The notes under the pieces: model-generated
The model's input: the letters and a program-made list of their open reading frames with translations, nothing else
Told to the model about the DNA's origin: nothing
Databases searched by the model: none
Made by a program: the position numbers and the translations under genes
Shown: positions 1 to 16,980 of the stretch, piece after piece
Layout: each line of letters opens with the position of its first letter
Position numbering within the stretch: the first letter of the stretch is position 1
Assembly (NCBI RefSeq): GCF_009914755.1
Contig: NC_060934.1
Strand: one strand, 5' to 3'
Length of the DNA: 64,000 nucleotides
From: the human T2T-CHM13v2.0 reference genome, Homo sapiens

Positions 1-451
1 GGGAAGCATCAGCTTCTAAGTTTTTTTCAGTTTGTTGGCAGATTAATTGTGGTTGTATGACTGATGGGCTCAAGCTTTTTGTTGGCTCTTCAGCTGGAGA
101 CTATCCTCAACTCCTAGAGGCCACAAATAGTTGGTAGAGGCCCCCTGCAATTCCTGGACACATGAGGTTTTCCAACATCACTACTGAATTCATGAACCCT
201 ACAAAGAGTTTCAGTCTGCTTAGGTGGAATCTTATGCAACATGAGTTAAATGGGAGTAACAGCTCATCATCTTTGCTATGTAACATAAACCAACCAGGGG
301 AGTGATACTCATCACCTTTGTCATATGCTATTGTTTTAGTTTAGAAGAAAACTACAGTTCCTGCCTACGCTCAAGGGATGGGGATCACATAAGGGTATGT
401 ACACTAAAAGCTTGGGGTAATGGGAAGTAGTCCTAGTGGCTGTCCACCACA
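1..451 (-). mobile_element. Old MaLR LTR fragment (MLT1F/G-like)
   Basis: MLT1-like text (catcacctttgtcatatgctattg, ctgcctacgctcaaggg); ends ...ccaccaca, i.e. a TGTGG start on the minus strand. Confidence 0.6.
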
Positions 452-1789
452 CTGCTCTTTGGCTATTTTTGCACTCAGCAACTCATAGACAACACTTTAA
501 AGTTTAAAAACATATCCTTGAAATAAGACAGACATTTTCTGGGACTCGTTTTGTGCTGCAATAACTAAAGGGCATTGCTTCCTTCAAGAACATCACTGCA
601 ATAACAACCAGACAATTGGGGCTGAAAGGCTGGAGCTCTACAAGCAAGTTCATCATCAACACCCCATTGGTTATATCCATAAACCTCACATCAAAAGCCC
701 CTGCAATAAGAATACAAATGCAACCCTAGACAGAGGCCAATTTAAAGAGACAAACCACAAGCTGCATTATAATCTCCCACGAAAGGGGGTAGTATGCATC
801 CTTACACCTTTGTATTCTGAGACATACTTTATTTTGCTTCTAAAACTTGTAGGCTCAGCCTTTGGTTCCTTGAGGACCCAATTAATTGAAGGTCAAAGCA
901 TAGAATTTCCTCTTTATTTCTTTTTTTTCAACTGCAATTGTCTGAAGTTAAAAACTCATGTATCTATGATATTCTAGAGATGAGTGGACCTGTGTTTGTC
1001 ACCTGTGCATATCTGTAAGGAGACAACAGTGCCCTTCAGGTGCTTGGTTCACTTTAAAAAAAAAAATAGATACTTTGTTTTCTTTTATTTTGAGAGAATA
1101 AATTATGCCTCAAACTCAGGTCTCAAATTGATGACAGAATGATTAAAATGTAAGCGTTTGTTCCTGCTTTTGACCTAGCATTGAATCACTTCCAAGGACA
1201 ACTCTCAATTCTGGAAAAAGTGATCAATTACTAGGAAAGAAAGCACATGGGTCTCTGCTGAAATAAGGGCAGTTGTGGATTAAGAGAACAAGTGAGCTTG
1301 GGTTGCCAGGAAACAGGCAACATGATTCATAAGTATTTATTTTTTTCCTTTTAGTTCTTAAAACTACCTTTCATGGTGACCTATTTTAGACATGCTCAAA
1401 GACTTAATTCCCACTATTAGGTAAGCCCAGGGAGTTAGTTATTTTGGTAACATAAAGCAGTTTTAAAGACTTTGTAAGCCACTTTGCTCATTGAGAAGAT
1501 AAATAGGATGGTGGAATGAATCATGCTGTAAACACCTCACCACCCATTATCCACCCCCCACCCGCCCGGAGGCCTTCCCAGGTGAACTCATTCCAACAGG
1601 CATTTGCATAAAAGACAAACTCATAAAAACTAAGTGGGAAAAAATTCACTCCAGCAAAAAGAAAGTATGTCCTGGCTTGGGTGGGAGGTGGAGTGGGGTA
1701 AGAGAAGGCAAAGGAAATGACTTGAATTACAGGCCAGAGAGAGACATTTCCAATAATTTCCATGGATTGAATTTAAAATGATGTCTATA

Positions 1790-1966
1790 CAGTAGTTCTC
1801 AATCTTGGCTGTACACTAGAATCACTCTGGGAGCATTTAGGAATGCAGATACCAGGGCCTAGTCTAGACTAATTATATGAACATCTCTAGAGATGAGGCC
1901 TGGCATGCACTGAATTTGAAAGCATCCCAGGTGTTTGTAATGTGCAGCTATGGTTGGAAACCCTTG
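1790..1966. mobile_element. MER5A/B hAT-Charlie MITE
   Basis: cagtagttctcaatcttggctgtacactagaatcac...cccaggtg...aatgtgcagc...ttggaaacc matches the MER5 pattern. Confidence 0.75.
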
Positions 1967-4259
1967 CCTAAAGCCAGAAAATAACAACTTTTTATGAATG
2001 CAAATGACCACCTCAGTGCTCTTTTGACTACATTTGCAAATTGTGGGACACATCCACAAACCAGCATCAAGTCCTCTGCGACAGTGCTCTGAATTATTTA
2101 AGTCCTCAAAGTGATTATGACACAGCCCCTTTAGCTGATCCATGGTCCATAGGCTTTTAAGAACCACTGCTCTAGGCTGGCGATTTTGCCTCTTCCTTCT
2201 TGTCATCCACTAACGACTGAGGGGTTTAGGATGCACCACTGTGTGTTGGGAAAGTTACCCATTGTTTACTAGATTCACTAACATTTACATTGCTTCTACT
2301 TTGGGCTTTTATATACAGAAATATATAATCTTCAGTCCTTGTCCACATTTTGCCAAAAGTCACAAAAGCTGCACATTTATTAATAGGAGCTATTCCTACA
2401 GGGATTCAAAAAAAGGAAGAAATCATGGGAAGTTTGTGAGGGCAGAGAAAGCTTCATGGAGTTTGCACACATTAAGGGTAGCTAGGATGAGAATTACCAG
2501 TGAAGGAAGCGAGTATGGAGTGAGATAGTTCTAGAAGTGACATAAACAGAGAAATAAAATGCTAGGACATGTTTAAGAAATAGTAAACATGGTTTATGGT
2601 GAGGAATAGTATGAGATGATACTGAAAATGGAGACCAAGAGAGGATTGAATGCCAGCATTTAGGATTTTGTCCTACAGGCAATAGATCATGGTGTTACAT
2701 AACAAATTAATGAAGACATTTTGATGTTCATTAAGGCGGAAAAAAACAACTCTAACCACAAATAGGCACATTTTTTGATCACTTACTGACAGCGATATTA
2801 GCCAATGGTTAAATGAATATTACACGTAATAGACTCTGTGTAAGTAAACTTGACAATTTACTCAGAGTCCAGGGTTTGTTCATTTATAGCATTTTTCATC
2901 TGCTTCCCCTGTCATATTTTGGCAAAGCAAATACACACATACGCATACACATATACATAATATCATCCACATGCAAAAACATATATAATTACTCATTTGA
3001 AGTAGAAAAACAATTTTCTTTATGTTACTTATTCTCTAAAGGGATCATGCAAAGAGGGTGCAATAAAGATGTTCAAAACTCAACAGAGACATTGGAGATT
3101 TTGTGGAAAGATGAGTGGATTTTTAGATTGCTTTTGCTACTAATTAACAGTGTGACTGTGGGAAAATCACTTCCAACACAGGGAGTAAATATCTCCAGTG
3201 ACAGAGAGACAACTATAGCAAGCCAGTGAGTGAGACAGAGAATTAAGTCCTTAATATTTGCAGGACTATACAGCATACAGTGTGTGTTTTTAATAAATTA
3301 GTAAATGTAGTTGAGTACTTTTCAATTAATAAACTTACTTTCTCTCAACAGTAAAGTAGTAAAATATCTACTTTAAAGCAAATTATTTGAGTACAAAACT
3401 TGGGATCATCTGGCTGACATCATGATTATTCGTAGTTTGCCAAAAATTAAACCTTTACTCTCACTGTGGCCATATTTTCTCTAATACTCTTGCAAAACAC
3501 AGAGAGGTGCAGAAAAAAAGGGGAAAGAAGAAATAAATATGAACTAGTCAGAACAGGTCATAACACATTTTCCTAAAGCAAGTCACACACTACCAAATTA
3601 AGACCAAACCATTTTCACAACACTAGAGGTTTCTATAGATTTACTTAGAATTTAAGCAGCATTTACTGTCATCTTTTAAAAATTGTATGAAGGAATAATT
3701 GAAGTGATTGCCTAGCACAGAGAAAATTTTCAGAGAAAGAGATTTTTATTCCACACACAGACAGATATGTACATAAACATATCTAAGTATTGGTGAATAA
3801 GAAAGAGAACATTAATAGAAACCAAAAATAATTGATGTCTGTTTTTAAAGAAAGGCTTTAAGGCTCATTTATAAACAAAAACTCTTTTTGCATCCCTTTC
3901 CATGAACTTATTCAGTGGATTATAAATTGGTTGGGAGACCAGTACTATGGATGATTATGGGACAAAAATATTTTCAATGCAGTGGTTTATAAGTAGTGAA
4001 ATCAAACATTTTCCAGAGACTGAACTTCCCTTTGCCCTCATAAATTATTCTAAATGTGAGAAATACACTTGTTTCTAGACATCTAAAACCATTTAGGACA
4101 TAAGCTTCCTCAACACTGGATAAACTTAAGAGTAAAATTCAGAATGTATTTGCACTACATTCCTTGCAACTCACAACAGTGGCTTTTAACTTATACCTAG
4201 TAATTCTTTCATTTTCTTCCATATATTGTCTCTCAAACTTAAAAAATAAAAAACTTGTT

Positions 4260-4365
4260 TTGGTTTTTTAAAACATTTAAAATATATACAGAAGTAGAGA
4301 GAATATATAGTAAGCTACCAATACCCATTACCTACTTTCAACAATTATTAACACATGGCCAATCT
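4260..4365 (-). mobile_element. L1MC-type 3' end fragment
   Basis: atatacagaagtagagagaata...acccattacc...caacaattattaacacatggccaatct resembles an L1MC4 3' end. Confidence 0.55.
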
Positions 4366-4368
4366 GCT

Positions 4369-5700
<1,332 letters not shown>

Positions 5701-5749
5701 TGGATCAGGCCATAAATAAAAGATAATATAGTGATAGCATGACTAGTAC

Positions 5750-6410
5750 TTAAGGCAAAATGTAGGTGGAATCAGTATGTAACAGTTTATCAAAAAAAGC
5801 ATCCTTTCAATACAGCATGTTATAAAATTTAGTCAACCCAGGTATTTGGGAGTGGAGTGTGTACGGGTTGGGGATTATAGGATGAATGGGAACAAATGAG
5901 TCATTTACTGCCTAAAGGTCTTCAACAAATCGGTATTCCCCAGGTAGGATTGGAGTATTACAGGGGGATTGGCAGGGCTGAATTAGCTCATGCTATAGAA
6001 ATGTTTCCAGGAAGGGCCATATCCTCTGTTGGGCTTCTGGCCTGCAAGGATATTGGAGTTTGCATGGGTAGTATATGGCTGGCTTGAGTTTTATTTTAAC
6101 AGGCTTTGTACTGATGGCCTTTCCGGAGTACTAGCGTCCCATACAGACTTTGTCACTTTATTTAGTATTTTCTCTGGGACAGGGGATGGTTGCTGACTTT
6201 GGGGAGCCAAAAGGTCCAGTAAAAAATGGATTTCTTTCTCAGGGGATACTGAGACTTGTATGTCTTTCTGTTGGAGGGAGACTGAAGCTTCCAAATTGGA
6301 TAAAAATGTCATGACCCATTGAAGGAAGGTAACACTCAGAGACATACAGGAAGGAAGGAATGATAGCCCTAGATCCAGTTTCACAAGTCAAAGGAAAGAC
6401 AAACATCTTA
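5750..6410 (-). pseudogene. ERV1 protease C-terminus / reverse transcriptase N-terminus remnant
   Basis: Manual translation: SFLYVSECYLPSMGHD...QYPCRPEAQQ...LIQPCQSPCNTPILPGEYRFVEDL*AVND...IHPIIPNPYTLHSQIPG...LY*KDAFF; stops and frameshifts. Confidence 0.9.
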
Positions 6411-8029
6411 CATTTGTATGGTACACTTGTTATCATTAATGAACCAATATTGATATTTTATTATTAGCTAGAGTTTGTATTTATTTAAATATCCTTAGTG
6501 TGGATATTTAGGGGAAAATCACAGAGATGAGTGATGAAAGGTGTCATTTTTATCATGTCATATCAAAGGTACATATCTATACAGCTTATCACTATTAATG
6601 TTAACCTTGATCTCCTTGCTGATGTTGTGTTTGTCAGCTTTCTCCATTATAATGTTATTTTTTTCCTCTTATTCCATACTTCGCCTTTTGGAAGGAAATC
6701 GCCATGTACAGCCCAGACTTAAGGAGTGGATAATCACACTTTCCCTTCTTAAAAATTGGATAATCATGCTTTATCTTCTTGAATGCAGAGGATCCACAAA
6801 GCTTATTTGGAATTCTTTGCATGGAAAATGTGTCATTACTCTCCCATTTATGTATTCATTCCATTATTTACTTTTAACAGCGTGGACTTATATTTATTTT
6901 ATACTTTGGGTTATAATCCAGTATACTCTATCTGTTTTGTATTTGCAATCCAATACGACTTCATTTTGCTTTTCTAAGTGTTTCAGCTGTAGCCCTTGGG
7001 AGCTCTTTCAGTAGGCTTCTGTGCCCCTTTGATACATACCTTCATCGCTGCGTTTTATTTTGTTTTTGAGTATTTCCTTACTTTCTAGCACAACAAGATA
7101 CTCCATCCTCATCTTGCGTATTTTCTGCCACAGAAAATACACGATTTCTCCAAGTATTTCTTGTTCCTTTATTGGAGAATGGTATTAAAAACTAAGCTAC
7201 TGGGTGTCATTTCTTTTATGCCTTCTTAGCTGACAGAGCAAAGAAACATATATGCATATATTAAACACTCTGAATTCACGTATCTATAAACATATTTATA
7301 TGTAACCATCCATATCTATATTAAGCCAAACATAAATTTATACTGATGTCTCTAACTCAAATTTATTACCACATGAGTCATTCTAGGCACCTCCCCTTTC
7401 TCATCTGTAAACTCCCACTGCAACAGTGACAAACCTGGCTCACACCATCTGCCATCCATTTAATTGTTCAATTCCAGGATACATATATAATAAAATTAGA
7501 TATGTTAACTCATATCTCTATGGAAAACAACTTTATCAACCGGCATATAGTATTTATGCACAGTTTATTTTGCTTTGTTTTGATAGACCCTACTCAGTTC
7601 CAAAGTTACTTAATCAGCACCTTTTCCACAAATCCTTCAGTGAGCTGTTTCATATACTTATAATGCAGTTATACTTTTTGCCAAATTCTGCATTTTATCA
7701 TGGGCTTCCACCAGCTTCCTAAGTTATTTTTTTAAATTTGCATACATTAAGCTTTATTCTTTGTGCTGTGAAGTTCAATGGGTTTTGACAAATGCATACT
7801 ACAATATATCAACAATTATAGTACACAGAATAGTTTAATAAACCTAAAAAAAAATCCTGTATCACCAATTCAACCCTCCTTCCTTCCCAAATTTTCTACA
7901 AGTCCTGATCTTTTTAATGTCTCTATAGTTTTTTCTTTTCCAGATGTTATATAAGTGGAATCACATAGCATGTAACCTTTTCAGGCGGCCTTCTTTCACT
8001 TAGAAATGTGAATCTAATATTTGCCCATG
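6411..8029 (-). mobile_element. L1MC/L1MD 3' region fragments
   Basis: L1MC-like text (ttaaccttgatc, tttctccat, gtgaagttcaatgggttttgacaaatgcata, ggaatcacatagcatgtaacc); appears to resume at about 9305-9595. Confidence 0.7.
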
Positions 8030-9283
8030 GAAAATATTTGCAAACTACCCATCTGATGAGAGATTAATCACCAGAATATATAAGGAGCTCAAACAACCAT
8101 ATAGGAAAAAAATCTAATAAATTAATAAAAAATGGGCAAAAGCTCTGAATAGATATTTCTCAAAACAAGACATACAAATAGAGAGCAGGCATATGAAAAC
8201 GTGCTCAACATCACTCATCATCAAAGAAATGCAAATCAAAACTACAATGAGATTGCATCTCACCCCAGTTAAAATGGCTTATATCTGAAAAAACAAAAAC
8301 AAACAAACAAACAAAAAACAGGCAATAACCAATGCTGGCAAGGATGTAGAGAAAAAGGAACCCTCATATACTGTTGGTGGGGATGTAAGTTAGTCCAACC
8401 ACTGTGGAGAACAGTTTAGAAGTTCCTCAAAAATTTAAAAATTGAACAGCCATATGATCCCGCAATTCCACTGCTTGGCTTATACCCCAAAGAAAAGAAA
8501 TTTGTATATTGAAGAGACATGTGCAGCCTATGTTTGTTGCATCACTGTTCACAATAGCCAAGAATTGGAAGCAACCTCAGGGTCCATCCACAGGTGCATG
8601 GATAAAGAAAATGTGGTACATATACACAATTAAGTGCTATTCAGTCATAAAAAAGAATGAGATCCAGTCATTTGCAAGAATATGGATGGAACTGGAGATC
8701 ATTATGTTAAGTTAAATAAGCCAGGCACAGAAAGGCAAGCATCGCATGTTCTCACTTATCTGTGGGATCTAAAAATCAAAATAATTAAACTCATGGACAT
8801 AGAGAGTAGAAAGATGGTTACTAGAGTCTGGGAAGGGTAGTAGAGTGATGGAGGGGAGGTGGGGATGGTTAATGGATACAAAAAAACAGGAAGAATAAGA
8901 TCATCTATATGGTTGCACAACAGGGTGACTATAATCAATAATCAAATGTGCAACTTTGTACATTTGCAGAACTTGGCAAAAAGTATAACTGCATTATAAA
9001 TATATGAAACAATTCACTGATACAATAATAAATGTACAACTTAATTGTACATTTTAAAATAAATATAATTGAATTATTTGTAACACAAAGGATAAATGCT
9101 TGAGGGAATGGCTACTCCCATTGTTGATGATGCCATTATTATGCATTGCATGCCTGTATCAAAACATTTCATGTATCCCATAAATATATACACCTACTAT
9201 GTACCCACAAATTTCAAAAATAAAATATTTTTAAAAAATAAAATTTAATTTTGAAAATTCAGGAAAAATAAACCTAAAAATAA
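8030..9283 (+). mobile_element. 5'-truncated L1MA2/3-like insertion
   Basis: ORF2 C-terminal text, L1MA 3'UTR (cacaacagggtgact, tgtatcaaaacat, ctactatgtacccacaa), A-rich tail; possible degenerate TSD aatatttgcccatg / gagatttgttcatg. Confidence 0.85.
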
Positions 9284-9624
9284 AGCATCACATATTAGAA
9301 ACAGAAGAGATTTGTTCATGTCATTTCATGGCTTAAGAGCTCATTTGTCTTTATCACTGAACAATATTGTATGGATGTACCACAGTTTTGTTATGCATTC
9401 ACTTATTTAAGTACATCTTTCAGTTTGGGATGATTTATGAGTAACACTGTTATAAGCATTGTTTGCAGGTTTATATGTGCACATAAGTTTTCAAATAAGT
9501 TGGGTAAATACCAAGGAGCACAATCACTGCATCATATATGAAGACTTTTTTTTAGCTTTGTAAGAAAGTGATGAACTGTCTTTCAAAGTGCATGTGTAAT
9601 AACAGTTTGAAATTCACCAGTTAC

Positions 9625-10921
<1,297 letters not shown>

Positions 10922-11455
10922 TCCCTCTTGTCTTTTACTCTGTATGTCCCTTTTGTTCCTTTTCTGTTTTCTTTTCTTATAGTTACTATTTTAAGGAAAC
11001 TGAATCTTTATTTTCTAGACGTTTCTATTTTCTTTATTTTTCTGATTTTCCTTCCCGTTTCTCTGTCCCCCATATTGTTTGTATCTGAAAGTTAAATCTA
11101 GAAGCATGATTAGATCTAGGTTTAATATTCCAAGATTCGATTTTTTGGACAAGAACACTTTATAGGTGATTTAGTATGTTACCCATTGCATCCCATCCAG
11201 GACCACCAAATTTCTAGTTCCCTCTTTTTGTGATCTTAAGTCTGATAGGTAGGCTTAGGTGTGGTCAGTCTGATGCATCACTTATAATGGTGCCTGTCAG
11301 CTTGTCTTCTAATGGAAGATCTATTCATATGGTTGTCTCTTTTAACTGGTGCCCCAGTGGAAATTACTCTGTCTTCTGCACCTTCTTACTTGTTCTTAGG
11401 ATTTGTCCAGTTTATCTTGCTATTACAAAACAAGAGCTTTGTTAACAAGTATTAA

Positions 11456-11784
<329 letters not shown>

Positions 11785-12689
11785 TAAATAATTGTTTTCA
11801 AACTACAGGCTCCTCATTAGATTCTGACGACAACCTAGATATGCTCCACTATCACATGATAATTCAATTTCTTCCACTAATTTTACCCAATCTATACTCT
11901 AAATAATTTTGCCATTTTATGCTCCTACTTTGTCTCCTCTTGACCACATTTATGCCTGACAGAACTGTGTATACACTCTGTCTTGCATCATAAATCAATA
12001 CCTGAAGCTCTTTAATCATTCTCTTTTCTAAACAATATCTGATTTATTCATTTGGCATCTTTTGAGCAATATGTTATCCCAAACCCAAAGCCATATTGTG
12101 AAGCAATCATTAGAGCTGACATCTATCTCAAATGGTTGTTCTAAGACTAAAGGAAATAACATACATAAAGCCCTATCACATTTTTGTCACATAATAAATA
12201 CTTAAACATTACTCATTCTTAACTCCAACTTCATGTTCTATCCCAGGGAATTTCTAGTGGTGTGTATAAACATTTTATTTGTTCAGGGGGTTGATTAATG
12301 CTGATTGCATTTTCATTGTAGAAATTTGGAAAACTCATCATAAAAAAGAATATAATGGTCACTTATAATCCTAACATGCAATAATAATGATTGTTATAAT
12401 TTTAACATATCTCTTTCACTTTTTATGAATATTTTTACATAGTTGAGCAAATGCTATAATATACAGTTTCACATTTTTTCATTTAATGCATCCCTTAATT
12501 TTATGTCTTTTGAAATACTTGGTGGATATTATGCTTAATGCTACACTATCTTACATGCAATGCTGTGGATGAACTTTTTCTCAATTGAAATTCTTTACCT
12601 TTCTGATTCTATTTCATCTTCCCCCTGATACAACCGTCTAAGTCCCACCAAAGTAAGTCATATCCTTCCAAACTTAAAAACCTCTTTCC

Positions 12690-13016
<327 letters not shown>

Positions 13017-13029
13017 TCAGGATCAAATA

Positions 13030-13845
13030 TAGTTAAGTCTTCAATTAATGTTGTGCATAGGTTCTTGCGAGACTTGAAGCAAAATAACATGATGAAACCA
13101 ATTTTACCACAGGCTAATGGATATAAACAAGAATTAAGTTCCTGTAGCATATTTCTGGTCACAAAAACATCACCAAACTTCTAAATCAAGAAAGACACAA
13201 GACACTTTTAATATCAAACATTAGAATAAATGCAAGTGAAAGAATGCACCAAATTTTTGTTCAATCTGTGAGTGATGGCAATGGTAGTGGTGGTGGGTTA
13301 AATCAAGGAATAAATGTTTGCAAAGCAAAAATTGGAAGGAGCCTCTTCTACCATGTAGTTCAAAAACAAACAAGAATAAATACGGCAGGCTCACTGAATG
13401 CCTTCATACCATATTGTTTATTGTTGTGCATCGGTATAAGTGTCATATACTTCAAGAATTTTTATTTTAAAATAGTTTATATTAATTAATTAAATCATTC
13501 ATCTGCCACTCTGCTTATTCTAGTTAAGGTTAGCAGGAACCTGTCCCAAAAGCTCAGGGCCATGGCGGGAACCAGCCTCGGACAGGACATTATCCCACTC
13601 TAGGACGTACTCACACACACCCACTTTCACTCAGACTGGCACCATTTAGACATGCCAGGTCACCTAAGGGGCACAGCTGTGGGATGTGGGAGAAAACTGG
13701 ACTTCCCAGAAAAAAACCCACTCAGAAATGGGGGGAAAGTGCAAACTCCAGCAGACTGTGGTCCTGGCCAGGAATCGTGTTTTTTCCCCCTTATTAATGT
13801 TATAATGAAATGACCTTGAACAAAACATTACTCAAGGATCTGCTG
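13030..13845 (-). mobile_element. MER6 (TcMar-Tigger non-autonomous DNA transposon)
   Basis: TA on both flanks; internal catatttctggtcacaaaaacatcaccaaacttctaaat and ggcgggaaccagcc...gcaaactcca motifs of MER6. Confidence 0.85.
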
Positions 13846-14289
13846 TATACCCTAAAACTAAAAAACGTCTTTATAAAAAAATTCTCTTTAAAAAAAATAG
13901 GGGATACAAAACAGCAGAGAGCCTTCTAAAGTAAAATATAGCATCCACAACTAAATTAAAGCCCAGGTTGAAATTATTTTTCTTCATTTTAGCTGCTAGA
14001 TTGTTCACCTTCAAATTCTATCGCCTTCCTACTTCTTATTTTTTTTAAGTAAGAGAAAATGGCCGCAGTGTGCTAGTCTCACTGGCATGCATTAATGTGT
14101 TATGTTTTTCATTCTTCTAAACTGATAAAAGTTTCTAGCAACAAAATTGTCTCTTTGAGATCTCAAATGGGTTATTAAAATTCAGCTTTACTTTAAATCT
14201 AAATGGATCAGAATAGCTTACTCGTCTTCAAACTAGAGATTTTGCAGTTGATTTTTTATTGTTTGAGACCTTAAGTAGTTTTCAAACCA

Positions 14290-14770
14290 CAAGGTACTAT
14301 TCATTTTCCAGAAAATTTGAATTGATGTAAATTTCACTAGAGACTATAACATATAATAAAATAAAAATATATTACAATCACTTCCTTTCCATAGTCTATT
14401 AATTTGGTAATCCTATCAAAAAGCTGTTAAACTCCATTTGTCACAATTTTTTTCTTTATAAACCAATTCTATTCACTGTTCATGATTTTGTTACCTTTGA
14501 GAGGCTTTTACAGGTTCTTTTTTTAATAGTTGTTCCGTTACTAAAGGATTTAAGTTACATTCACTGAACCATAATTACCATGATAGCGGTTCTTTCTATT
14601 CTGGAAAATTGATACAATGTTGGCATTCCATCCTATCATTTCCCAGTTCTCAGTAAATTTTCATAAATAACCATCAGCAGTAGTTCAGTAAGTTTTTCAA
14701 CAAAATCCATTAACACCTTAGATGGTAAATCATTCAGACCTTGCATGCTTATTTTGCCCAAGTGTACCCT
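14290..14770 (-). mobile_element. CR1/L3 LINE ORF2 (RT) relic
   Basis: Minus-strand translation GLNDLPSKVLMDF...VIYENLLRTGK / ANIVSIFQNRK...GNYGSVNVT / FDRITKLIDYGKEVIVIYF resembles the CR1 GPDG..ANVVPIFKKG..GNYRPVSLT..VDVIYLDF blocks. Confidence 0.75.
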
Positions 14771-15113
14771 TACCTGTTTTTAATCAACAGCTATTTTTGA
14801 AAGCATTATGTTACACTGAAATCCTAGAGTGAAAATAATGATTTTGTGTAAAACAATTTCTTTCTGTGAAATATAATTCCTATATTCACACCGTGTGATA
14901 AAGTAGCAATATTCTAAGGAGACAGACATATGCATCAGTAACACACAGCATGAAATCTGTGTTCAGAGACTATCTCCTCCCCTACTATGAGTGCTCCAAC
15001 TTTACCTCTTCCTTTGGTTGCATAGGAGAGACATCCTGTTCAGGTCCTGGGACATCTTCTATGGCTTCTGAATGTGAAAATGAATCACATTTACCTAAGT
15101 AAATAATAGACTT

Positions 15114-15580
15114 TGTAGTTGGTTGAATAGTGCATACTTCACACCCCCACCCCCACCACAAAAAAAGATGTCCATGTCCTAACCTCCAAAACCTGTGAAT
15201 GTGATCTTGTTTGAGAAAAGTATCCTTGCAGATATTAGTAAGTTAAGGATCTCAAGATGAGATCACCCTGATGTAGAGGTCCTTGTAAGAGAAAGCAAGA
15301 GGGAAACTTGTGCATAAAGACACACAGAGGGGAAAATCATGCGAAGATGGGAGTAGATTAGAGTTATGCTGCTACCAACAAAGAAATGCGAAGGATTGCA
15401 GGCCGCCAGAAGCTAGGAAAAGAGACATAGAGGAGGCATTCCCTGAGAAACTCCAGGAGGAACTAATCGTGCTTACACATTGATCCTGAAGTCTGTCCTC
15501 CAACACTATGAGAGAACACATTTCTGTGGTTCTAAGATACTCAACTTGTGGTGATCTCTTACAGCAGCCATAGGAAATTG
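15114..15580 (+). mobile_element. MLT1C-like LTR
   Basis: tgtagttggttgaatagtg...acctgtgaatgtga...gttaaggatctcaagatgagatca...acagcagccataggaaa. Confidence 0.85.
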
Positions 15581-16549
15581 GCTCTTGGAGTGGATATGCA
15601 AAACTGTAGATAATAATATTTAAATATAAAAATTATCTACTCTTTCATTCTTTTATAATCAAGTAAAGGAAAAGTGTGAAATTATCTTTTAATTAGAATC
15701 TGCAGAAAGCTATTATTGTTTGTAATGATAGCTTTTAATTTCTTTCAAAGGCAGAGTCCTATCTACAGTGCAATAATTTTACCTAGAGGGTGAGTTGGAA
15801 AGATGGATTTTTCCCTAGAACTGGCTAACAATACTAGTGCTCAGAGTCAATTACTTTAACCATTGAAAAGTAAGATTAGTGAGGGATTTATAAGTTTAGC
15901 TATTTGTTCCTCTCACTAGACATTGGCACAATTCTGATTCCTAGCCAACAGACTTCAATAGAGGTTGACTACAAATGAAGAAAATACTTGTAAAACTTTA
16001 AAAGTGATGTGATGAGGTAAAAATGAAGGCCTTAGTTGAATGTAATTGCTCTATGAAGAAACTAAAATATTCATAGGTCATGAGTGGCACATGTTTTACT
16101 GCAAAGTCATAAAGCAACTCATCCAAAACTATTCTTCTAGGTCTTTAAAACATGGTGAATACAATCCCTTCTAAGACCTGCCCTTGATTTATCACAGTTC
16201 ATTCAGAGCACCATGACAGATAAAGTCATCTAACTGCTTCAAAGTCAAGGCACTTTCTCTGAGCAAACACTTCCTATTCTTTCTTATGGGTGAGGAATCC
16301 AATAAACCACGTTCAAACTAATATAGAATATTAAGCAAACCAAAAATGATAATATTGAGAGATGGTGAGGGCACTAGGAAACAGGATACCAGGATATGCA
16401 AAGGAAATAGAAGGAGATCTGTACAGATACCCAATAAAAATTACCATAAATTTTAAAATGATTAACGGTAGTGATGTCTATCATGATAACATATCAACAT
16501 ACTAAAAATACAGATATAGAAAAACAGAGTACAATACTTTACTTGGAAT

Positions 16550-16980
16550 TAAGTTTGTGTAGTTAACAGAAAACCTAAAATAATAGTGTTTTAAACAAAA
16601 CAAAATCTATCTAGTTGGCAATCCAGGCCTGCAATATGATTTGTTTTACAAAGTCTTTAGAGACCCACATTCCTCTAGTTTTGTACTCCTCTGTCATAAA
16701 GGAGTGATATTCATTCTTATGATATAAGATAGAGTTCCAGCAATCATTCATATTCCAAATTGTAGAATGGGAAGACTGAGGGAAGCAGGCCAAGAATGTC
16801 TCATATATATCTCTTAAGAAATTCCTAGAAATTGAAAGATGACATGCTTATATCCCACTGACCAGAAGTGTATCATATTACTGCATTTAGGCTAAATATA
16901 GTATCTTTATTCTAAGAGGTCATAGGCCCATCAAAAAGTTATATTACAGAAGGGAATAATGGACAAATAGTCATCTCTGT
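16550..16980 (-). mobile_element. Old MLT1 (J/K/L-like) LTR fragment
   Basis: aacagaaaacctaaaataatagtg...agagacccacattcc...cttatatcccactgaccagaa. Confidence 0.45.

Noticed and set aside
1540-1700. C-rich and G-rich patches as a promoter
   Set aside because: No CpG island or clear core promoter; too short
6541-7014. 157-aa hydrophobic ORF resembling a membrane protein
   Set aside because: Lies in antisense L1MC 3' sequence; hydrophobicity follows from T-richness
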